64,000 nt of DNA, from positions 1 through 64,000 of the IMG/VR virus record IMGVR_UViG_3300027656_000007; one strand, written 5' to 3'. Positions 36,501 through 46,016 of this stretch are shown here, one piece after another. Positions within the stretch are counted from its first letter, which is position 1. Every line of letters begins with the position of its first letter. This stretch comes from a virus (taxonomy: Duplodnaviria; Caudoviricetes). The position numbers and the translations under genes were made by a program. Below the pieces are notes generated by a model that saw only the letters and a list, made by a program, of their open reading frames with translations, did no database searches and was not told the DNA's origin.

Positions 36501-39500
36501 CAGCGGACTTTGACATTGCAAATGAAATGTATGGTGCGTTCACATTTGTTGAAACAGGTAATGTACAGGCTGACACAGGTTGGGTATGTACAAACAACCT
36601 TGCCAATCCAATCACAGTTGGCACAACACCAATCGTATTCACACAGTTCTCTGGTGCAGGTCAGTTCACTGCTGGCACTGCATTGTCACTAGATGGCACA
36701 ACTTTCAACGTCAACACTGACGGTACTGCCAATGCTACAATTGGTGTCAACGGTAGTAACCAGTTGATTGTTCCTGCAAATGCAACCCTAACTACACCTA
36801 ACATTGGTGCGGCAACAGGTACAAGTCTAAGTGCAACTGGCAACATTGCTGGTGGCAATGCACTGATTTCTGGATTGATTTCTGCAACAGCAACAGGTAC
36901 ATTTGGCAATGTGGCCACAGGTGGCACAGTGAGTGCTACTGGAACAGGTACATTTGGTAATGTTTCAACTGCTGGTGCAATCAACTCGGCAACTGTCAGT
37001 GCTACCGGCACAGCCACAGTGGGCAACTTGGCCACAGGTGGCACAGTCAGTGCTGCAAGTACCATAACTGGTGGCAACGTAGCCACAGGTGGCACTGTAA
37101 GTGCTGCAGGCAACGTTTCAGGCAGCAACTTGTTGACTGCTGGCCTAGTGAGCGCAACTGGAACAGGTACATTTGGCAACGTAGCCACAGGTGGTACTGT
37201 AAGTGCTACAGGTAACCTAACTGCTGGCAATATTGCAACTGCTGGTACATTCCAAGCAGCAAGTTTGAGTGCAAGTGGCAACATCACTGGTGGCAACATC
37301 ACCACTGCTGGTATTGCTAACTTGACAACTATTCAGTCAACCACAATCAGTGCAAGTGGCACAGCCACAGTGGGCAACGTGGCCACAAGTGGCACAGTCA
37401 GTGCTACAGGAACAGCTACCTTAGGCAACGTGGCCACATCGGGTACTATAAGTGCAACTGGCACAGCTACCTTGGGCAATGTAGACACTGGTGGCACAAT
37501 CAGTGCTACTGGCAACCTAACTGCTGGTAATATTGCAACTGCTGGTACATTCCAAGCAGCAAGTCTAAGTGCTACAGGCAACATCACTGGTGGCAACATC
37601 ACCACTGCCGGCACAGCAAACTTGACAACTGTTGAAAGCACAACAATCAGTGCAAGCGGCACAGCCACAGTGGGCAACGTGGCTACATCAGGCACAGTCA
37701 GTGCCGGTGGCAATGTAACAGGTGCTAATGTATTAACTGTTGGTACTGTAAGTGCAACAGGTACAGGCACATTTGGTAACCTAGCAACTGGTGGCACAAT
37801 CAGTGCTGTTGGTAACTTGGCAGCTGGCAACATCAGCACAGCAGGTACTTTCCAAGCACAGAGTCTAAGTGCTGTAGGTAATATCACTGGTGGTAACATC
37901 AGCACAGCAGGCATTGCCAACTTGACAACTATTGAAGGCGCAACAATCAGCGTAAGTGGCACAGCCACAGTGGGCAATGTGTCAACCGTTGGTACGGTAA
38001 GTGCAACTGGCAACGTCACCGGTGGTAATGTTAAAACAGTTGGACTAATTTCGGCAACAGGCGACATCAACGGCGGTAACATTTACACAGCAGGCGAAGT
38101 AAGTGCCACTGGAACAGGTACATTTGGTAACATTTCAACTGCTGGCACATTGACTGCATTGACACTGAGTGCTACAGGTAATATCACTGGTGGCAACATT
38201 GCCACAGCAGGTACTGCTAATTTGGCAACAGTAGTGAGTACAACTGTTAGTGCAAGTGGCACAATCACTGGTGGTAACTTGGCCACAGGCGGTACTATAA
38301 GTGCTACCGGCAACATCACTGGCAATGCTAATATCACAGGTGGTAACATCTACACCGGCGGTGTAGTAAGTGCTGTAGGCAACATCACCGCAAATGTTGG
38401 CAGTTTCTTTATTGGTAATGGTTCACAGTTGACTGGTGTAGCAGCTACTAGTGCAACTGCATTGGTCAACGGCAACACCAACATTACAACAGCCACAAAC
38501 GGCAATGCTAACGTCACAATCAACGGTACTAGCAACGTTGTTGTGTTTACCACAGCTGGTGTAAACGTCAGTGGCAACGTCAGTGCAACTGGTAACGTCA
38601 GTGCAACAGGTGAGATCACTGGCGGCAACGTGGTCACAGGTGGTGCTGTAAGTGCAACTGGCACAGGTACATTTGGCAACGTTAACACAGCTGGTAGCAT
38701 AAGTGCTGGTGGTAACATCATAGGTGGTGCGTTGACTGTAACCACTGCTGCATTGGGTAACCTTGCAATTTCTGGAAATAGCATCACAAATGTAGGAGGC
38801 GGCGTTGTCAACATCAACTCTGCACTGGATGATGTGAACTTTGCTGTCGGCGGCAACAACACAGCCAACATCTTCTTTGTGGATGCTGGAACAGAAACAG
38901 TCAGCATTGGCAGTAATGTACAGACCACAGGAGCCGCGCTAGCTGTTAATGCTACAAGTTCAATATTGTTCCCGGTCGGTAATACCGCACAACGTCCAGC
39001 TACTGCTGCGGTTGGTATGTTCCGATTCAACACAAGTTTGAACTCACTAGAAGTGTACGACAACACCGGATGGACTGAAGTTAGTGCTCCAGACTTTACG
39101 GTTATTGTTGACGACGAGTTCAACGGTGACGGCAATACAACAGCGTTTACTCTGTCACAGGCAGGAACCACTGCTGGTGCAATTGTGTCCTTGAACGGTG
39201 TTACACAGATTCCAGTTACAGCATACGCGGTAGTGGGAACAACACTGACATTCACTGAAGCTCCAGCAACAGGTGACGTGATCAGTGTCAGACTGTTGAC
39301 AACCACAACCAGTGTAAACAGCATCAGCAACTCCAATGACAGTGCTATAGTTACAGTGTCAGAAAACAGTGGCAACGTGCTGATAACAGGCAATATAATT
39401 GCCAGTAATGGTGTGTTTGTTGGTAATGGTAGCGGTTTGACCAACCTAAACGTAAGTGGCAACACAATCACCAATGGCAACTCCAAAGTTGATGTGACAG

Positions 39501-40069
39501 CACTCAACGGCAACGTTGCTACAGTGGTCAACAACGCCACAGTGATGACAGTGAGTTCAAATCTAGTAGCTATCACAGGCGACTTCAGTGTAAGTGGCAA
39601 CGCAACACTAAGTGGCAACATTCTAGGCGATAGAATCCAGAACGGCACAACCAGTTTTGATATTCAAACAGCCAGTGGCAATGCCAACATCAGTGTAGGC
39701 GGCACCAGCAACGTTGCAGTGTTTACCACAACTGGTGTGAATGTAACTGGCAACATCAGTGCAACAGGAGATGTAACAGCACAGAACGTTAACTCGTTGT
39801 CTGATATGACTCTCAAGACCAACATCAACCCACTGACCGATGTGGAAGCAATCATCAACAAGTTGTTTGGTGTAGAATACGACTGGAAAAACGGCACAGG
39901 ACACAGTTACGGATTGTTAGCGCAAGACGTAGAAAAAGTGTTGCCAGATGCAGTTAAAACCAGTGACACAGGCTTGAAGTCAGTGAACTACATGATGATT
40001 ATACCATTCTTGATTGAGTCAATCAAGAAACTGGGATCAGAAGTTGCTGAACTAAAGAAAAAGAAGTAA
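33575..40069 (+). CDS. Giant tail fibre (2164 aa) with C-terminal intramolecular chaperone (peptidase S74-like)
   Basis: GN(V/I)xTxGx(V/I)SAxG repeats; C-terminal SDMTLKTNI...YDWK...GLLAQDVEKVLP...SVNY...LIESIKKL. Confidence 0.85.
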   Translation: MAVTRIKNNQITDATIVASTKLVDYSITAGKIANNLTYGSNLTVQGNLTVQGNSTAIDTNITTIEDPVILLASTQTGSPSVDIGFIGQRGTSENIAFVWDESDDVFVTAFTNTAESNTTIAITSLASFKTLNANVTGNLSVTAQSNIANLTVAANSVVSFGNSVISNVGEPIANQDAATKYYVDNISGNAGFFITAGNVTETITPGDDIVFAGTANQTTVVLANIDGNSSSLTFGLANNVSVVANVTVGNILTVSGTVNSNLVPTTTATYNLGSASNTWKDLYLAGNSIYIDIQSIRANADGIQISNTVSAGNFTTVGNVSATGNVIAGNITTGGNASVTGNVTGGNITTAGVVSVTGTATLGNVASGGTLSAVGNVTGGNFKTTGLISATGDVNGGNVYSGGEVSIVGNVTGGNIATAGTAAAAVLSASGNITGGNITSAGTANLTTIQSTTISASGTATLGNVSTAGTVSAAGTATLGNLATTGTISSTGTATLGNIDTGGTISAIGNLTAGNIATAGTFQAQSLSATGNITGGNITSAGIANLTTIQSATISASGTATVGNVATTGTISSTGTATLGNVATAGTVSATGTATLGNVATGGTISAVGNLAAGNIATAGTFQAASLSATGNITGGNITTAGIASLTTVESTTVSATGTVTAGNVATGGTVSAAGTATVGNVSTAGAVSAVGTVTAGNVSTGGSVSATGNVSGANVATGNITATGTTSVTGNITGGNFITTGVVSATGGVAAGNSTVTGTLSVTGTATVGNVATAGTVSATGTGTFGNVNTGGNVSATGIVTGGLTATFGNVNTAGRISATGNISGGNIIVTGEIQSGTITIRSTTANSGIDLFTNGTGNINVNTNWINNVKDPLQAQDAATKSYVDSVVEGLDPKASVHVATYTALPSYTYNNGTAGVGATLTATAVGNLIIDGDLVQNGQRVLVKNEGVNAAYNGIYVVTTAGATATAYVLTRAADFDIANEMYGAFTFVETGNVQADTGWVCTNNLANPITVGTTPIVFTQFSGAGQFTAGTALSLDGTTFNVNTDGTANATIGVNGSNQLIVPANATLTTPNIGAATGTSLSATGNIAGGNALISGLISATATGTFGNVATGGTVSATGTGTFGNVSTAGAINSATVSATGTATVGNLATGGTVSAASTITGGNVATGGTVSAAGNVSGSNLLTAGLVSATGTGTFGNVATGGTVSATGNLTAGNIATAGTFQAASLSASGNITGGNITTAGIANLTTIQSTTISASGTATVGNVATSGTVSATGTATLGNVATSGTISATGTATLGNVDTGGTISATGNLTAGNIATAGTFQAASLSATGNITGGNITTAGTANLTTVESTTISASGTATVGNVATSGTVSAGGNVTGANVLTVGTVSATGTGTFGNLATGGTISAVGNLAAGNISTAGTFQAQSLSAVGNITGGNISTAGIANLTTIEGATISVSGTATVGNVSTVGTVSATGNVTGGNVKTVGLISATGDINGGNIYTAGEVSATGTGTFGNISTAGTLTALTLSATGNITGGNIATAGTANLATVVSTTVSASGTITGGNLATGGTISATGNITGNANITGGNIYTGGVVSAVGNITANVGSFFIGNGSQLTGVAATSATALVNGNTNITTATNGNANVTINGTSNVVVFTTAGVNVSGNVSATGNVSATGEITGGNVVTGGAVSATGTGTFGNVNTAGSISAGGNIIGGALTVTTAALGNLAISGNSITNVGGGVVNINSALDDVNFAVGGNNTANIFFVDAGTETVSIGSNVQTTGAALAVNATSSILFPVGNTAQRPATAAVGMFRFNTSLNSLEVYDNTGWTEVSAPDFTVIVDDEFNGDGNTTAFTLSQAGTTAGAIVSLNGVTQIPVTAYAVVGTTLTFTEAPATGDVISVRLLTTTTSVNSISNSNDSAIVTVSENSGNVLITGNIIASNGVFVGNGSGLTNLNVSGNTITNGNSKVDVTALNGNVATVVNNATVMTVSSNLVAITGDFSVSGNATLSGNILGDRIQNGTTSFDIQTASGNANISVGGTSNVAVFTTTGVNVTGNISATGDVTAQNVNSLSDMTLKTNINPLTDVEAIINKLFGVEYDWKNGTGHSYGLLAQDVEKVLPDAVKTSDTGLKSVNYMMIIPFLIESIKKLGSEVAELKKKK
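34500..38760 (+). repeat. Two blocks of ~17-aa beta-repeat units with seven copies of a longer SLSAxGNITGGNIxxAGxANLTT motif
   Basis: Visible in translation and as near-identical nucleotide blocks (e.g. ~35125, ~35425, ~37240, ~37540, ~37845). Confidence 0.85.
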
Positions 40070-40078
40070 AAGAAAAAA

Positions 40079-40102
40079 CAGCAACCGGGAAACCGGTTGC
40101 TG
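40079..40102 (+). other. Perfect 10-bp GAAA-tetraloop hairpin between fibre genes
   Basis: CAGCAACCGG-GAAA-CCGGTTGCTG; no U-tract follows, so possibly an mRNA-stabilising or processing element. Confidence 0.6.
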
Positions 40103-40138
40103 ACTCGGCCGAGTTCATACAAATAAAGGAGAACGAAG

Positions 40139-43100
40139 ATGGCAATTAAGATTAATGGCAATACAGTCATAAGTGACTCACAAGCAATAACGTCAACTAG
40201 TACAGTGAGTGCTACTGGCAACATCACTGCTGGTAACGTAATAACAGGCGGCACAATCAGTGCCACCGGCAACATCACTGCTGCAAATTTCAGCGGTAAT
40301 GTGGTGCTGCCAGCTGGTGGTGCAGTAAGCACAACTGGCAACGTAATTGGCGGTAACGTAGTAACAGGCGGCGCAATCAGTGCCACTGGCAACATCACTG
40401 GTGGCAACATCAGTACCACAAACTACACAGGTACTACTGTAAGTGCCAGTGGCAACATCACCGGTGGCAATGTATTGACCACCGGATTGTTATCTGTTTC
40501 AAACACAGTGACAGCTGGCAACTTGGCCACTGGTGGTACAATCAGTGCCACAGGCACAATCACTGGCGGCAACGTAGCCACAGGTGGTACAATCAGTTCA
40601 ACTGGCAATGCCACAGTTGGCAACATCAGTGCAGTAAACCACACAGGTACTGCTGTAAGTGTCAGTGGCAACATCACCAGTGGCAATGTATTGACCACCG
40701 GATTGTTATCTGTTTCAAACACAGTGACAGCTGGCAACGTGTCCACAGGCGGTATAGTAAGTGCTACAGGTACAATCACCGGCGGCAACGTGGCTACAGC
40801 AGGTACAGTAAGTGCTACTGGCAACATCACTGGTGGCAACATTTCTACAGCAGGTACATTTGGAGCAGCTAGTCTAAGTGCCAGTGGTAACATCACCGGC
40901 GGCAACGTGGCCTCAGGTGGTACAGTGAGTGCAGCCAGCACCATCACTGGTGGCAACTTGGTCACTGGTGGTGTAGTAAGTTCTACAGGTACAGCCACAG
41001 TGGGCAATGTGGCCACATCAGGTACAGTAAGTGCTACTGGCAACATCACTGGTGGCAACATTTCTACAGCAGGTACATTTGGAGCAGCTAGTCTAAGTGC
41101 CAGTGGCAACATCACCGGCGGCAATTTACTAACTAACGGATTGTTATCTGTTTCAAACACAGTGACAGCTGGCAACTTGGCCACAGGTGGTACAATCAGT
41201 GCCACAGGCACCGCCACAGTGGGCAATGTGGCCACAGCGGGTACAGTAAGTGCAACTGGCAATGCCACAGTTGGCAATATTAGTGCAGTAAACCACACAG
41301 GTACTGCTGTAAGTGTCAGTGGAAACGTAACTGGTGCCAACGTAACAGGTACACACTTTGGATCAGGTGCTGCTTTGTCAAGCATTACTGGCGCCAACGT
41401 AACAGGTACAGTGCCAAGTGCTACTAGTGCTACTTCAGCTACCACAGCTGGCACCGTGACCACAGCAGCACAGGGTAATATTACCAGTGTTGGTACATTG
41501 ACTGCATTGAGTGTCAGTGGCAACGTGACAAGTGGCAACATCAGTGCTACAAATCACACAGGTACCACAGTGAGCGTAACTGGCAACGTAACAGGTGGCA
41601 ACGTCAACGCTGGTAACATCACAGTTACCCTTGATACCATCAGTAGCTTGGGTACAACACTGACTATTGATCCAGCAGCCAGTGGTAACACAGGTGTTGT
41701 TGTGATCAACGGTAACTTGCAAGTTAACGGTACAACAACAACCATCAACTCCAACGTTGTTAGCACAAACGACTTGACAGTCAACTATGCCAACAACGCA
41801 ATCAACGCTGCCGCAGCCAATGGTGGTGGTATTGAAGTTGGTCCAATTGGTAGTCCGTACATCACTTGGTTGTATAACAGCACCGCTAACGTTTGGACAA
41901 GCAGCCTTGGTATTAGTGCTGTTGGTAATATCACCGGTGGCAACCTGTCAGGCACCAGTATTGTGGGTACATTGACCACAGCCGCTCAAACTAATATTAC
42001 TTCAGTTGGTACATTGGGCAGTTTGGCAGTTACAGGCAATACCACAAGTGGCAACTTTGTTGGCACACTTAATGGATCAGGTGCAAACGTTACGTCAATT
42101 AGTGCTACCAATATCAGTTCAGGCACATTGGCTCAAGCAAGACTTGCTAATGCCAGTGTAACATTGGGCAGCACAGCATTAACTTTAGGTAGCACAGTAA
42201 CTACAGTAGCTGGATTGACTAGTGTTACTAGTACAACATTCGTTGGTGCATTAACAGGTGCAGCAACAAGTGCTACCACAGCAGGCACCGTAACAACCGC
42301 GGCACAGGGCAACATCACATCAGTTGGTACATTGTCATCACTAAGTGTCACTGGCAACGTCAATGCTGGCAATGTGATTGCTACACACTTTGGATCAGGT
42401 GCTGCTTTGTCAAGTATCACAGGCGCCAACGTAACAGGTACAGTGCCAAGTGCTACTAGTGCTACTAGTGCTACATCAGCCACAACTGCTGGTACAGTGA
42501 CCACAGCGGCACAGGGCAACATCACATCAGTTGGTACATTGACTGCATTGAGTGTCACTGGCAACGTCAATGCTGGCAATGTGATTGCTACACACTTTGG
42601 ATCAGGTGCTGCTTTGTCAAGCATTACTGGTGCCAATGTAACAGGTACTGTACCAAGTGCAACCAGTGCAACCAGTGCTACATCGGCCACTACCGCAGGA
42701 ACCGTGACCACAGCAGCACAAGGCAACATCACATCAGTTGGTACATTGACATCACTCAGTGTCAGTGGCAACGTGACAGCTGGCAACGTGATTGCTACAC
42801 TCAACGGTAGTGGCGCCAACGTTAGTTCAATCAGTGCTACCAACATTAGTTCTGGCACACTGGCACAAGCAAGATTGGCAAATGCAGCAGTTACATTGGG
42901 TAGTACAGCGTTGACATTGGGCGCCACAGTGACTACTGTTGCTGGCTTAGCCAGTGTTACTAGTACATCATTTGTTGGTGCGCTAACTGGTGCGGCATCT
43001 AGTGCAACCACAGCGGGTACTGTGACCACAGCGGCACAAGGCAACATTACTTCAGTTGGTACACTGACTGCATTGACAGTGAGTGGCGCAATCACAGTTA

Positions 43101-43585
43101 ACTCTGGGGCAGCCGTCACAGCCATTGTTAACGGTGCATCAACTGGCGTAGGCAACATTGGTAGCTCAGGCACAACGTTCAATACAGTGTTTGCCAAAGC
43201 AACCACAGCACAGTACGCTGACTTGGCAGAGAAGTACACAGCAGATGCTGAGTATGCTCCTGGTACAGTGCTGTCGTTTGGTGGCAGTGCTGAAGTTACT
43301 GTGAGCACAGACGGCGATCACCGAGTAGCTGGTGTAGTGTCTACCAATCCTGGATTTGTCATGAATGAAGGATTGGAATCAGAACACGTTGCTATAGTGG
43401 CGTTTACAGGTCGTGTTCCGACTCGTGTAACAGGCACAGTACGCAAAGGTGACTTGATGGTATCTGCTGGTAACGGGTTGGCTCGCGCCGAAACAGCTCC
43501 AGCACCGGGTACAATCATTGGCAAGGCCCTAGAAAACTTTGATGGTGCCGAAGGCACAATCGAAGTTGTGGTTGGACGTTTCTAA
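40139..43585 (+). CDS. Large tail fibre (1148 aa) with shared C-terminal ADLAE domain
   Basis: Same 17-aa repeats plus six TTAAQ(G/T)NITSVGTL units; AAGGAG SD. Confidence 0.85.
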   Translation: MAIKINGNTVISDSQAITSTSTVSATGNITAGNVITGGTISATGNITAANFSGNVVLPAGGAVSTTGNVIGGNVVTGGAISATGNITGGNISTTNYTGTTVSASGNITGGNVLTTGLLSVSNTVTAGNLATGGTISATGTITGGNVATGGTISSTGNATVGNISAVNHTGTAVSVSGNITSGNVLTTGLLSVSNTVTAGNVSTGGIVSATGTITGGNVATAGTVSATGNITGGNISTAGTFGAASLSASGNITGGNVASGGTVSAASTITGGNLVTGGVVSSTGTATVGNVATSGTVSATGNITGGNISTAGTFGAASLSASGNITGGNLLTNGLLSVSNTVTAGNLATGGTISATGTATVGNVATAGTVSATGNATVGNISAVNHTGTAVSVSGNVTGANVTGTHFGSGAALSSITGANVTGTVPSATSATSATTAGTVTTAAQGNITSVGTLTALSVSGNVTSGNISATNHTGTTVSVTGNVTGGNVNAGNITVTLDTISSLGTTLTIDPAASGNTGVVVINGNLQVNGTTTTINSNVVSTNDLTVNYANNAINAAAANGGGIEVGPIGSPYITWLYNSTANVWTSSLGISAVGNITGGNLSGTSIVGTLTTAAQTNITSVGTLGSLAVTGNTTSGNFVGTLNGSGANVTSISATNISSGTLAQARLANASVTLGSTALTLGSTVTTVAGLTSVTSTTFVGALTGAATSATTAGTVTTAAQGNITSVGTLSSLSVTGNVNAGNVIATHFGSGAALSSITGANVTGTVPSATSATSATSATTAGTVTTAAQGNITSVGTLTALSVTGNVNAGNVIATHFGSGAALSSITGANVTGTVPSATSATSATSATTAGTVTTAAQGNITSVGTLTSLSVSGNVTAGNVIATLNGSGANVSSISATNISSGTLAQARLANAAVTLGSTALTLGATVTTVAGLASVTSTSFVGALTGAASSATTAGTVTTAAQGNITSVGTLTALTVSGAITVNSGAAVTAIVNGASTGVGNIGSSGTTFNTVFAKATTAQYADLAEKYTADAEYAPGTVLSFGGSAEVTVSTDGDHRVAGVVSTNPGFVMNEGLESEHVAIVAFTGRVPTRVTGTVRKGDLMVSAGNGLARAETAPAPGTIIGKALENFDGAEGTIEVVVGRF

Positions 43586-43606
43586 TAGGTAGCAATACCT
43601 TGAACT

Positions 43607-43637
43607 AAAGAAAGGATCTTCGGATCCTTTCTTTTTG
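43607..43637 (+). terminator. Intrinsic terminator, UUCG loop
   Basis: AAAGAAAGGATC-TTCG-GATCCTTTCTTT plus Ts; late core CTAAATA follows immediately. Confidence 0.9.
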
Positions 43638-43666
43638 ACTAAATATTGTCTAACAATGAGACATAT

Positions 43667-44929
43667 ATGGGATTAACTAGACTTCGTGCTTCGCAAATTT
43701 CTGATATTGACTACAAACAAGCAGTTCGCGCAGTCACCACCACCAATGTCACTCTAAATGGCAGCGCACCAGCTGTAGTGGATGGTGTCTCTCTGTCTCT
43801 CAATAATCGTGTTTTGGTTGCTGCACAGACCGATGCCAGCCAAAATGGCATCTACACTGTGACAACAACAGGCTCGGGCAGCGACGGAACCTGGGCAAGA
43901 TCCGCTGACACCAATGCCACTGGTGAGTTATTGTCCGGTACTATTGTCATGGTCACCGAAGGCACAACCTATGCAGACACACAATGGAAATTGATTACCA
44001 ATGACCCAATTACAATTGGTGTAACTGCATTGACATTTGTTCAAAACTACACAACTGGGGCAATATCAGCAGGCACCAGTAATGTAGTAGTAATCAACAA
44101 TGCCGATGTTGTGATAAGTTCAGCGGGCACTGCCAATGTGCTGACAGTGTCCAATGTAGGTATTGTGGTTGTTGGTACCACAAGTGTGACCGGCAATATT
44201 CAAGGCGGCAATCTAAGAACTGCTGGGTTGATATCAGCTACAGGCAACATTCAAAGTGGTAACTTGCGTACAACTGGGCTAGTATCAGCAACAGGTTCTA
44301 TAACAGGTGCAGCCATCACTGGCACAAGTTTGACAGTAACCACAGGTAACATCACTGCTGGTAACCTGATACTGAGTGGTGCTATTGTTGATAGTGCCCA
44401 ACTAGACATTCAAACCACAGCAGCCAATGCCAACATTGTGCTTACACCTCATGGCACTGGTAATGTTAATATTGTACGCATGAGAGCCACTGGTGACATT
44501 ACATCTACCAGCAACATAGCAGCATTGAACTTTAATTCAACGTCAGCTGACTTGGCAGAAATGTATTCAGCAGATGCTGCATATGCTCCTGGTACAGTGG
44601 TGGTGTTTGGCGGATTGGAAGAAGTCACAATAAATGATCGTGACCACGACACTGCTGTTGCTGGTGTAGTGTCAACTGCTCCAAGTTACTTGATGAATTC
44701 AGCACAGCCAGGTGAGTTTGTGCTGCCCATAGCCCTGACTGGGCGTGTGCCTTGTCAAGTGCAAGGTCCGGTAACTAAAGGAACTGTACTGGTTTCTGGC
44801 ACAGTACCTGGCACCGCAACAGCAATTGTTGTATCAAAATTTAAACCCGGCTGTGTGCTGGGTAAGTCATTGGAAACTATCAGTACCAATGATATAAAAA
44901 CGATTGAAATTGCAGTGGGGCGTTTATGA
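43667..44929 (+). CDS. Fibre-related protein with shared C-terminal ADLAE domain
   Basis: N-terminal DYKQAVRAVTT...RVLV..Q...NGIY segment resembles the middle of the 2164-aa fibre; ATG 43667 preferred over TTG 43646. Confidence 0.75.
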   Translation: MGLTRLRASQISDIDYKQAVRAVTTTNVTLNGSAPAVVDGVSLSLNNRVLVAAQTDASQNGIYTVTTTGSGSDGTWARSADTNATGELLSGTIVMVTEGTTYADTQWKLITNDPITIGVTALTFVQNYTTGAISAGTSNVVVINNADVVISSAGTANVLTVSNVGIVVVGTTSVTGNIQGGNLRTAGLISATGNIQSGNLRTTGLVSATGSITGAAITGTSLTVTTGNITAGNLILSGAIVDSAQLDIQTTAANANIVLTPHGTGNVNIVRMRATGDITSTSNIAALNFNSTSADLAEMYSADAAYAPGTVVVFGGLEEVTINDRDHDTAVAGVVSTAPSYLMNSAQPGEFVLPIALTGRVPCQVQGPVTKGTVLVSGTVPGTATAIVVSKFKPGCVLGKSLETISTNDIKTIEIAVGRL

Positions 44930-45591
44930 TCACAGAAAAATACAGAACAGATTACGAAGGCGAATTTGTAATCACCGAAAGTCGATGGAGCGGTGGTAAA
45001 AAGACTCAGAATAGAGAATGGGTTGCTAACCCTATCCACAACCAACACATCAGTGGTCGCGCTGCCTGCATTGGCAGCGGTATAAACAAAGACAAATTTG
45101 ATCACACCAGACTACAGCATCACAAAGGCGGCCTGCTGAGTTCAAAAAAATTACAGACCTATGGAACCGGCACAATTGCCAAAGAGATGAGACTGGACTT
45201 TGCAGTGGAGAACAACAAAGACATTCTTCGAGATCTAGTTGATTCTGGGTATTCAACTGACAATATTGTATATGCTACCACACGTAATTGCCTGTTGAAT
45301 CCCGGTGAGTTTTATCTAATTCCCTATGGAACACTGATGGCAATCGAAGCGTTGACAGTATGGATGGCAGCATTCGACGGACACAAAGAAGTATATCTGT
45401 TGGGCTATTGCAACGACACCATTGGTTCGGCCAGTGAATGGCATGATCATGTGAACCAGGTGTTTCGGGCGTACCCGTCAACTCGATTTGTTTTGGTTGG
45501 TGAAGAAACCAACACTTCTCGCGAATGGCGTAAAAACGCTAATGTTGCTTGTTTATCGTTTCGAGACTTTGTAACTCACTGCGACGTTTGA
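44926..45591 (+). CDS. Rossmann-like protein, probable distant paralog of 26458..27045
   Basis: AACIGSG, QTYGTG, VWMAAFDGHKEVYLLGY. Confidence 0.55.
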   Translation: MITEKYRTDYEGEFVITESRWSGGKKTQNREWVANPIHNQHISGRAACIGSGINKDKFDHTRLQHHKGGLLSSKKLQTYGTGTIAKEMRLDFAVENNKDILRDLVDSGYSTDNIVYATTRNCLLNPGEFYLIPYGTLMAIEALTVWMAAFDGHKEVYLLGYCNDTIGSASEWHDHVNQVFRAYPSTRFVLVGEETNTSREWRKNANVACLSFRDFVTHCDV

Positions 45592-46016
45592 ACTGTGTGT
45601 TCCACGGTGGCCATCTTGCCACGCACAGCATCAAAGTTCACAGTTGACCAAAGTCCAGGATGCATGGGTCTAGGCCATGTGCCGCTGTCAATCCATGCCC
45701 ACCCAATGTGTTCGTTGTTTAGCACTGGAACAAATTCACTGGCCACACTGCAAAAAAACGTGTGATAGGCAAATCCGCCATCGCTGCTGGTGAATTTTTC
45801 TATGGGAATCAGTCTTAGGTAGTCGGGCATATGCCCCAGTTCTTCCTGACACTCGCGAACCATAGCTTCCATCAAAGTTTCGCCTGTTTCAAATTTGCCG
45901 CCCGGCAAGCCCCACGACCCCGGGTGACGTGTATCGTTGCGCAGCAGATAAAGATAGCGTTGAGTGCTCACGCTATAAAACCACACACCCACAGCATTTA
46001 CAGTACTATTCTCCAT
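45576..46016 (-). CDS. NUDIX hydrolase
   Basis: Nudix box GGKFETGETLMEAMVRECQEELG; start placed at ATG 46016. Confidence 0.85.
   Translation of the reverse strand: MENSTVNAVGVWFYSVSTQRYLYLLRNDTRHPGSWGLPGGKFETGETLMEAMVRECQEELGHMPDYLRLIPIEKFTSSDGGFAYHTFFCSVASEFVPVLNNEHIGWAWIDSGTWPRPMHPGLWSTVNFDAVRGKMATVEHTVQTSQ

Noticed and set aside
34483-43557. Many long minus-strand ORFs opposite the fibre genes (e.g. 35221..36069, 38350..39648, 40423..41541, 42133..43308)
   Set aside because: They mirror the repetitive Gly/Asn/Thr/Ala codons of the plus-strand genes (MLPPV/VALTV patterns) and have no promoters or SDs; shadow ORFs.
43587-43600. Small AGGTA-GCAA-TACCT hairpin resembling a boxB element
   Set aside because: Only 5 bp, with no boxA or N-like protein identified; it may simply protect the mRNA end before the terminator.
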